From a virus, in the IMG/VR virus record IMGVR_UViG_3300023184_000045, positions 59,498 to 123,497 of that record: 64,000 bases of DNA, one strand, 5' to 3'. The notes under the pieces are model-generated. The model worked only from the letters and a program-made list of their open reading frames with translations, was not told the DNA's origin and did not search any database. Shown one piece after another: positions 58,901 to 64,000 of this stretch. The translations under genes were made by a program, and so were the position numbers. How positions within the stretch are numbered: the stretch's first letter is position 1; each line of letters opens with the position of its first letter.

Positions 58901-59833
58901 ATAATTAAATTAGCAGATACTAGCACTGGCGCTAATCAAGACTATGTTGAATACTTTGTTGGTCCATCTAGTGTAAATGCCAATGAGACTTTTAATGTAG
59001 CAGTAAAAGGTGGCGTACCGAGTACACCATTTGTGTGGTCAGGCGAAACCACTGGAGATGGTACATTAGACGGATCGGGTAATTTTGCCTTTAATGGACT
59101 TTCGGTATCGGCCGGAACTTATTCTTGGACATTTGTATTTGATGCAACTGGCCACTCAAAGACTTATACAGTAACAGCGTTGGCCGGCGCCGCACCTCCA
59201 CCACCACCTCCGCCAGCAGTGTATACACCAAATGTAATATGGGACTACCGTGGCAGCACTTATCTAATTCAAGGAACCTATAGTAATCATGGCACCAGCG
59301 GCGATTGGTATTCCACTGGCAACGGGTTACCGGGTGTAGTAAATTATAACCATTTTGAAAGCCAGACTCAGTCTGCATTATTATCTGGCACCTACCAGTG
59401 GACAGCAGCAGGGTCAAGTGCGATTAATGTAACATGGTCAAGTGCAGATACATACGGCCCAGCTTATGCAACTATTAGTGCGCCATATTCACAAAATTCC
59501 GATTGGAAAATTGAAGTGACATACTTTGCCAGAGCACACATGAATGTAACATTTAGTATTATACAGCAATATCTTGGCCCTGAGGTAATAGCAACTACCA
59601 CTAGACACTATAATAGAAATTCAGGGTATGATGACGATGGCGCCTTTTATGGTACATTGGGATATTGGTTATATACACAAACTGTGTATGTCACTGCTAC
59701 TGGAAGCGGCATCAATTTACTTGCTAAAATTCAAGGCGTAGACAACGGCGACTATAATTATCCAAGAAGTGGCGGCATACATGATTATCCAGATCCAATT
59801 GGGTTCTGGAAATGTACAGCTACGCAATATTAA
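52925..59833 (+). CDS. Giant Ig-repeat/Calx-beta-like fibre or adhesin with DUF4214-like tandem modules
   Basis: 2302 aa: about five putative-Ig repeats, several EG..FTV...YW...AD..TEG.E.F...DTS domains, RKPD..GL.YW repeats, a PPPPPP hinge and a distinct C-terminal tip. Confidence 0.8.
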   Translation: MPITQSDFTPSTLTGTVTLAIKTATFTKTVTADQLAEGNEKFVAKLRKDSTSGTVVATSNVVRINDTSQGGETVQISPIALPVVGNKLIRLTSYSQQLTATGGVPGTYIFTYSGTLPPGISMSSSGLLSGTPTTIGGPYNFTVTATDANTDFGVQLYSVNVEGPGIYLTPSTLPNGSQNIDYKTLAGNPLIFSATGGAAPYTFDVTQGFLPDGLTISPNGLLSGRPTAAGSTAFKITATDANGNTGSQTYTLVIVAVPITISPSSLNSAAKRVAYSQQLTASSSKTTTYTYTLSAGTLPTGLALSSSGLISGTTVELGSKTFTVKATDADGSFGTRQYTLSVSDVFIFISLTSGGTSTSLTVANRSPYSDTFQAAGGGGPYTWSYTNGTLPPGLILNTQSGVLSGSPTSVGTYNFSIVATDSAQNSGIKNYTYTISSVGIVLSPSTLSQATVNVAYSQALSATGGTSPYSFTVTTGTLPTGITLSSGGTLSGTCGISIERTFTVTATDANGNTGTQQYTLEVAYQSWNIDLISVNGGIIPDYQVFTNSTNPNNATAINEGEYVMYFTVVAKNATNLDTLYWNLSPAPGQTKIVNAGDFTLPSGSGIVPGVVPYDWGDYATEFNRTGTPLAIAKWIAGNVYVSNSAFTTSSGTRYGILRKPDANGLDYWVSQVISNSWYVSNACTIGFLDAFFASVAATSEASRALTNVKTPITTGGLYFYDRQYAPPYTFDYGFSQEFNMTGADLVLAKWIGNNLYLSNSTFTGVNVNGTTGQTRYGLFRKPDTVGVLYWTLRAKELGYSQNDTRLINLFFTSINLTGGDGETRATSSSKSFLVEGGSTFTDRETWSGISVYGETDFIREFNLPVDRITLAEWITSQLYGSNNAFTTTGGTRYGLNRKSGVVDLNYWVTTATSQGWAAASPALINAFFNAVQGDDLPRSQTNQKEFLEDSLTSGSVFNDRPDQLAGSVVIYDPYTYTNGYQQEFGRTQGETDFATYIGETLYASNTQFTGLTIGGQTNQTRYGLNRKPDLIGLNYWVNYAITNNLVTIDDSGSPTYVLTGRTALLNAFFTAVSSIDPSRSLLADKPFIEGTAPGTKFYDRPDKSGSLNFGAIADQLTEGPEYFILQVRTGSTAGPVVATSDTVAIVDTSTATGNTFGGGGTGLTNYTAIVNEGDTLNFQIWAPGTIPVTTLTTGGNVQLAIVQTKNVDATDFVGNVELVTATAVSGRTWTASITAKADNKTEGFEYFTAAANWGSNLAIVTAPGTVGIRDTSTGSSFKISTQPTSITEGDIGTFTVDAIAPDGTLVYWKINHISTNNSDFVQASTRWEVIYAFANNLTAPVSVGNDTGQFTEDTLSYWMTVGLTSGTGFDSRIAALRSANSGAAAAWDAARALDAVQSNGTGWSATTVGAPVINSRAKVLKAYYDNLEAKLFPDENSIRYWMCHSMGTNNATFNSTVTSANDSDPGGYLAALTERAQYYPRATRPEVLYAYAANTKTELFPVETTIQYWMVHGLAGFNDFVEWYRNQNPSYASSWDAARSADLLGTTGSPILALRSDVVRAYQDNPDATIYPTNAQIRYYMTIGLASFASDIQIYKSGSPVTWASENAARTALATFAGQACTGSAIINNNTANFSIRARKDLLTEGNLRFTVSISKTAGGTAQFTSSEISVIDSSTSLSSTVPFDATGYTYGINYTQSGVIYLASGYGYPLIYNQAAVTGQLALTYAISNGVPAVTLGGSSAPRVSFTVTNSSGDTAYYQVIVEYFARSHMEILHTLSDSNGILASGSMEYHRDTGLSGSGQDIDRNGYWTYELVWTLIVEPGTGTYYVGMSSVNSYSPNYPAKTTGNPAYEFVDPSGVRKVTVNPLVYTYPVGYGFQTCFVYGYTDKPSYHDQIDEGAYTAAFQIHTSNIPASTVLYWNIYSAQTLSATTADTPVAADFTSAVTSGTVVVQNNYARVDFTAVADQITEGHEFFVLQVRRGSNTGPIYATSNIIKLADTSTGANQDYVEYFVGPSSVNANETFNVAVKGGVPSTPFVWSGETTGDGTLDGSGNFAFNGLSVSAGTYSWTFVFDATGHSKTYTVTALAGAAPPPPPPPAVYTPNVIWDYRGSTYLIQGTYSNHGTSGDWYSTGNGLPGVVNYNHFESQTQSALLSGTYQWTAAGSSAINVTWSSADTYGPAYATISAPYSQNSDWKIEVTYFARAHMNVTFSIIQQYLGPEVIATTTRHYNRNSGYDDDGAFYGTLGYWLYTQTVYVTATGSGINLLAKIQGVDNGDYNYPRSGGIHDYPDPIGFWKCTATQY

Positions 59834-59851
59834 AATTAAAGGACAAACAAA

Positions 59852-60112
59852 ATGAATTACTCTATCAGAGCATTTGATAAAGCACAAGGTTGCTTGATTG
59901 TAGATTACGAAGGTATAGGACTTAAAACAGTTCCGGTACCGCTTACCTATATGGGATTGTACATCACAGGTGATCTACTTAGAGCACATATTGAAAACTT
60001 TATTCCTGCCGAATTACTAGAGCGTCAGCAACGACTAGCTGCGGGTATTCCTAATGTAGCAGAAATACAAGCATTGGTAACTCCGGTTAAAGAATCATTA
60101 GAGCCATCTTAA
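59852..60112 (+). CDS. Small protein after the fibre genes, possible fibre assembly chaperone
   Basis: 86 aa with an AAGGA SD, last gene of the fibre operon. The function is a positional inference. Confidence 0.5.
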   Translation: MNYSIRAFDKAQGCLIVDYEGIGLKTVPVPLTYMGLYITGDLLRAHIENFIPAELLERQQRLAAGIPNVAEIQALVTPVKESLEPS

Positions 60113-60340
60113 ACAAAAATAAGTTATATCTTTGGGGTGTAACTTAGCTATAACTTTAAAAGAATAATTGTAGTTATTAGGGTCAATGGCTCGTTCCCAC
60201 CTAGGCTTTTCTACAGCATGGTCCATGACCCACTGACCTGCTTCACTTGATTGCCACCGATAAAGTGGTTCTGCAGCATACACAACAGGATCGTCTGCCC
60301 ATGCATCTACCGCAAATGTATGGACAACGATCTCTTCCAT
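60098..60340 (-). CDS. Hypothetical protein
   Basis: 80 aa, starts 3 nt after the thyX stop. C-terminal YFCLRW pattern similar to other small phage ORFs. Confidence 0.65.
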   Translation of the reverse strand: MEEIVVHTFAVDAWADDPVVYAAEPLYRWQSSEAGQWVMDHAVEKPRWERAIDPNNYNYSFKVIAKLHPKDITYFCLRWL

Positions 60341-60343
60341 ATG

Positions 60344-61027
60344 CTACTCCGAAACGTATTCTTCAGCCATTGGAAATATAGCAGCAATAGCTTTGGCGCA
60401 GGCCAAGGCTACCAATTGATGCTCTTTTTGTGTACCATTTGCACTACGCAGTTCGATAAAGTGAACCCAACTACGTAATGTACCATTCATATACAAACGG
60501 CTAACAGTATTACCTTCAGGGAGTATGGCACGAGCTTGTTCTTTAGCAATACCTTGTTCTATTGCCCATGAATAGTGCTCATGTACTAGATCTATTACCT
60601 CTTGCTGTCTACGGTTCCACTCGGCAATAATATCCTGTTGTTTTGTGTCATTAACGTCAATTTCTATGCTGTTTTGCCTATTCTTGGTGTCTTGTAAACG
60701 AGCTTCTCGCAGAACAAAGCTAAGATCCTTAGTTGGGTCTGCGTAGCGTTGACTAAACTCTTGGAAACTAAAACTACGATGTCTAAGTATCTGGCGAGCA
60801 ATATCACGAGTGGTTTCAATTTCAACGCAGGCCGAAACCATTTCAAGTGGACTCCAGTGTGCGTGTTTAACCAGGTACCGAATAAGTTTTTCACTGGACT
60901 CAGTATTAAATTGATTGGATGGATTACTTACACGAGCACAGTATGCAATTAACTCTTGTGCATCGTTGATGCCTTGTTGTTGAAATGCAGCCGTAGGTTG
61001 TGAGTAGGAAACTAGATTTACGTTCAT
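60344..61027 (-). CDS. thyX: Flavin-dependent thymidylate synthase
   Basis: RHR-X7-S motif (RHRSFSFQEFS-QRY), H.SPLE, EQAR..LP and HFIELR. Confidence 0.97.
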   Translation of the reverse strand: MNVNLVSYSQPTAAFQQQGINDAQELIAYCARVSNPSNQFNTESSEKLIRYLVKHAHWSPLEMVSACVEIETTRDIARQILRHRSFSFQEFSQRYADPTKDLSFVLREARLQDTKNRQNSIEIDVNDTKQQDIIAEWNRRQQEVIDLVHEHYSWAIEQGIAKEQARAILPEGNTVSRLYMNGTLRSWVHFIELRSANGTQKEHQLVALACAKAIAAIFPMAEEYVSE

Positions 61028-61365
61028 AGGTCTTTAAGTATTCGGTCAGTGATTGGTTGTACAGCTTTTGCAACATCGTCAACATCCACATAAAAGTCAA
61101 CGTCGACGATAATATGATCCAAGGCTGTTAACCGTGAATCTAACATTTCTTCAATTGCACCAGGATCGTTTCCCTCTTCGATCAATTCCTTAACATCGAT
61201 ATTAACTACAGTTCCATCTATTAGATTTACATTAAGCGACCGAAGCAACGTAATGGGAATTTCATTTTTTTCTACATCTTTAAGAATTTTTTTCCATTGA
61301 TCTCGAGGAGAAACATTAATCTTTTTTAACTTTGGGCGCGGCTTTTTTCTTGGTGGGAGTGGCAT
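61024..61365 (-). CDS. Hypothetical protein
   Basis: 113-aa ORF coupled to thyX by an ATGA overlap. Confidence 0.7.
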   Translation of the reverse strand: MPLPPRKKPRPKLKKINVSPRDQWKKILKDVEKNEIPITLLRSLNVNLIDGTVVNIDVKELIEEGNDPGAIEEMLDSRLTALDHIIVDVDFYVDVDDVAKAVQPITDRILKDL

Positions 61366-61993
61366 TTTTTGCAGTAGTAGGGTCGAGCGCAGCGGCTTCT
61401 GTTATCAGGCGTTCAGCTTCGGATAGTAATTGTTGGGCACTGGCTTTCATTGTTTCAGCTTGCCTAATTCTATCTTTGGCCAAATCTGCGTCACTTAATA
61501 CTTGATCAATTGGTGCTTGAATAGCAGCAGCTTTACCCCTGCTGTTCTTTGGAGCGCCGACTTCTTTGACATCTTCCATGCCTTTTCTTTTATTAGAAAA
61601 ACCTGTACTTGAATCTAAGTCAGCCAACCGTTTAACAGCTGCCTCTCCAGTCGCCATTTCTTTGAGAATGTTGTTTAACTCATCTAAACGAACTGAACTA
61701 TTTGTTGTAGGAGTAACAGTAACTTGATTAGTTGGCACCTTTTTCATTAGACCATCGGTATGTAATGCTTGCAAACAGTTACGTCCGTCTGGCATTAAAC
61801 TTCTAAATAAAGCGTCTGAAAAATTGTCTGCTTGTTGTCCCACAGGGCTTTCTAGTACTCTCATTACTTCATCATGATATGATCTGGGCAGCAGGTCGCT
61901 GTAGGCAACTAGACACATATGATCTTCACCTGGCACTTCTCGAAATAACAATACGACTTTTTTGTTGTTGTGTTTACCTATATGCTTATACAT
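61316..61993 (-). CDS. Hypothetical protein with a helical, Lys/Ala-rich C-terminus
   Basis: 225-aa ORF with an AAGGA SD. Confidence 0.75.
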   Translation of the reverse strand: MYKHIGKHNNKKVVLLFREVPGEDHMCLVAYSDLLPRSYHDEVMRVLESPVGQQADNFSDALFRSLMPDGRNCLQALHTDGLMKKVPTNQVTVTPTTNSSVRLDELNNILKEMATGEAAVKRLADLDSSTGFSNKRKGMEDVKEVGAPKNSRGKAAAIQAPIDQVLSDADLAKDRIRQAETMKASAQQLLSEAERLITEAAALDPTTAKNATPTKKKAAPKVKKD

Positions 61994-62008
61994 AATTAAT
62001 TCCTTTGA

Positions 62009-62251
62009 TTATTGTTCGGTGCTGGTATCAGTATCGGCTGCTGCGGCTTTTGCAGCTTGTGCGGCAGTTACAAAGGCTGTAATGCGATCATACAGCAAGC
62101 CCACACTTGACAACTCGCCTGGTTTCCACGCACCTCTTTGTGTTCCAGTTTCTAAAACTTGGATCATAGTTGTAAGGTCTTGTAGAGTTAAAGATGGGGG
62201 GCCAGGTGGCATCTCATCAGTGATGGCAGTTGTATTTGTTTCTTCGAGCAT
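62009..62251 (-). CDS. Hypothetical protein
   Basis: 80 aa with a GGAGA SD and ATTAAATA late motif at 62275-62282. Confidence 0.7.
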   Translation of the reverse strand: MLEETNTTAITDEMPPGPPSLTLQDLTTMIQVLETGTQRGAWKPGELSSVGLLYDRITAFVTAAQAAKAAAADTDTSTEQ

Positions 62252-62307
62252 TGTTAATTCTCCGATAATAAACTTATTTAATGATGGGCGCCATCGACCG
62301 TTAAATT

Positions 62308-62610
62308 TTATAGATGAAATTTGTTGATATCTAGTAGCACTAATGCAAAGTAGGATGCTTCGCTATGAATTTCAAATCCGGCTCGTTTACGCATAGATAA
62401 ACCGCTGCTACCTTCTGTGGGTCCAACTATATCACCAAAATAAAATCTACCATTTAGATGTTCAAATATCCAATTTGATATTTGATTAGGAGGGCTAACC
62501 AGATCAAAGTCCACAGCAAAAAAATGCGGTGGACAATGATCTAATTTGCGTAACCCGTGTACATTTAACGGGTTAATTTCAAACGAGTGTAGTGATTTCA
62601 TTTGTATCAA
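62308..62610 (-). CDS. Hypothetical protein
   Basis: 100-aa ORF, co-oriented and overlapping its neighbours in an operon-like way. Confidence 0.65.
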   Translation of the reverse strand: MIQMKSLHSFEINPLNVHGLRKLDHCPPHFFAVDFDLVSPPNQISNWIFEHLNGRFYFGDIVGPTEGSSGLSMRKRAGFEIHSEASYFALVLLDINKFHL

Positions 62611-62842
62611 ACTTGACTTCGTCGGCGAGATCTTCTAAGTCAAGTCGATCTAGTAGATACGTATTAGCAGTTTCAATAAAACTATTCAATAGATGCGGTT
62701 GCCCGGTTATAATTGAAATTTCAGCAGAGCGAGCCAAATCATCTAAGTAACGCTCGCAGTCTAGCAGTTTAGTCTGCAGGTCTACAATTAATGTACGAGC
62801 CGCTTTAAGCCGTTTTACAGAGTCTGGATTTACAATTTTCAT
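62579..62842 (-). CDS. Hypothetical protein
   Basis: Likely start is ATG 62842 (MKIVNPDSV), overlapping the upstream TGA as ATGA. Confidence 0.6.
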   Translation of the reverse strand: MKIVNPDSVKRLKAARTLIVDLQTKLLDCERYLDDLARSAEISIITGQPHLLNSFIETANTYLLDRLDLEDLADEVKFDTNEITTLV

Positions 62843-64000
62843 TTGACTGCATCCTCGTAGTAAGCCCAAATACCAAAAGGTGGTTGAGCAGATGGGTTAC
62901 CTTTAATAATCCAAACAGTATCGCAATAGTTAGCATCACCCCACGATCCATTTGGGTAGCCGTCTGTGAACACAACCAATTTCTTGGGTTCAATACCATT
63001 TTCTTTCATAAACTCAAAGTTGGCTTCAAACAAAGTACCGCCGCCACCTGCGGGTTCATATTCGGAAATTAACTTCATGTTGTCTTGGGTGAACTCTTGC
63101 AGGTTATGCACATCTGTATCAAAACACCACACTTTAATATTATAGCCAGTATACGAATCCATAATACCTTGGATTTCTCCTAGGAATATTTTAAGTTCGT
63201 CATTGCCAATACTGCCTGACGTATCAATTGCTACACAGATATCGACCGTTTCGCCATACTTAGTACCTGGCAAGATAGCATCCATATGCCAGCCGCGACG
63301 GTTAACTCGCATAAAACTATAGTCGTCTTTGATAGTACTTTGGATTTGTTGCAACAACAATTCGCGCCAGTCAATGACCGACTCGGTCATGTCTTTAATC
63401 AGTCGCTTAACACCGTCTGGCAAATCATTTGATCCAGCAGCCTGTGCAGCCTGCAATACTGCTTCTTTGATCTCATCGCGCAGAGCTTTGCGTTCGTCTT
63501 TGCTTAATTTAGGCCGACCGTTGCCGTCACCATCTTGGTCGCCATCACCGGATCCGTCACCTTCATCTTCGTCAAGGTGTTCATCTAACATCTGCTCAAC
63601 TAATTTTTTCAGATCGATTTTCTTTGCATTCTTATACAAATCGTCGTAGACTTCTTCGTAGCTCATGCCGCGATACTTGCGATCTAGTAGAATTGGAACA
63701 GTAGTAATTTTCTGCCCAATATTGTGATCTACTAGATCTTGATTAACGCAATAGTCAGCGGCAATGTTACTAAGCATCGGGTCGCGATTTTCACGGCGCC
63801 CCAAGTGATCGTATACCACATGCAACACTTCATGCCCAAACAGGAACTCGCATTCTTTTAAACTTAGGCGATTGATAAACTCGCTATTGTACCAAAAGTT
63901 TCGACCGTCGGTGGCAGCAGTAGAGCACCAACTATCACCATTGATTAATTTTAACCGTGTTGCCAAGTTACCAAAGAACCCAGCTCGCAATAACAAACCT
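62839..64000 (-). CDS. HExxH metallopeptidase-like plus VWA-domain protein (DUF2201-like), 5'-truncated
   Basis: FFGNLATRL, AATDGRNFWYN, GHEVLH (HExxH), acidic DGSGDGD linker, DTSGS (MIDAS), GGGT.F and FTDGY. The frame is open to the window edge. Confidence 0.85.
   Translation of the reverse strand, partial: GLLLRAGFFGNLATRLKLINGDSWCSTAATDGRNFWYNSEFINRLSLKECEFLFGHEVLHVVYDHLGRRENRDPMLSNIAADYCVNQDLVDHNIGQKITTVPILLDRKYRGMSYEEVYDDLYKNAKKIDLKKLVEQMLDEHLDEDEGDGSGDGDQDGDGNGRPKLSKDERKALRDEIKEAVLQAAQAAGSNDLPDGVKRLIKDMTESVIDWRELLLQQIQSTIKDDYSFMRVNRRGWHMDAILPGTKYGETVDICVAIDTSGSIGNDELKIFLGEIQGIMDSYTGYNIKVWCFDTDVHNLQEFTQDNMKLISEYEPAGGGGTLFEANFEFMKENGIEPKKLVVFTDGYPNGSWGDANYCDTVWIIKGNPSAQPPFGIWAYYEDAVK

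Noticed and set aside
49141-59833. Possible diversity-generating retroelement targets at the fibre tips
   Set aside because: No TR/VR pair with adenine-specific mismatches and no reverse transcriptase in the window. A remote TR cannot be excluded.
1332-63649. Numerous short antisense or nested ORFs in the track (e.g. 1332-1718, 9374-9742, 18243-18524, 30911-31459, 34081-34518)
   Set aside because: They lie wholly inside well-supported genes on the opposite strand and reflect codon bias of Thr/Ala/Gly-rich proteins. They have no initiation signals.
1-64000. Stop-codon reassignment
   Set aside because: Recognisable genes are intact and tightly packed under the standard code, and TAA, TAG and TGA all end real genes.

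Overview
This window is part of a large T4-superfamily-like myovirus (probably a jumbo phage) genome. It uses the standard genetic code and is almost fully coding. Left arm (1-20260, minus strand): accessory virion proteins, a pirin-like gene, and the head module (gp23-like major capsid, gp22-like scaffold, gp21-like protease, acidic core protein, gp20-like portal), followed by a tape-measure-like protein. Centre (20326-26251): a gp26/gp51-like tail chaperone pair joined by a probable -1 frameshift, a ~460-nt ORF-free and densely structured element, an Hjc-like nuclease, gp46/gp47 (Rad50/Mre11-like) and a gp55-like late sigma factor. Right arm (26359-60112, plus strand): baseplate module (gp48/54-, gp53-, gp27-, gp5-, gp25- and gp6-like genes and a 3712-aa wedge protein), an S74 tail fibre and two giant Ig-repeat fibre/adhesin proteins. 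The window ends with ThyX, small hypothetical genes and a 5'-truncated HExxH-VWA protein. A relaxed T4-type late promoter (NNTAAATA/TAAGTA) precedes most virion genes. The best leads are the structured non-coding element beside the nuclease, the G/GT-like frameshift, a Calx-beta-like domain split across two genes, DUF4214-like modules nested in such domains, a three-hairpin 5' leader, a probable AUU start for the late sigma factor, and leaderless late mRNAs. All family assignments come from motif recognition by eye; no database search or folding program was run. I saw no tRNA, CRISPR array, integrase, transposase or reverse transcriptase.
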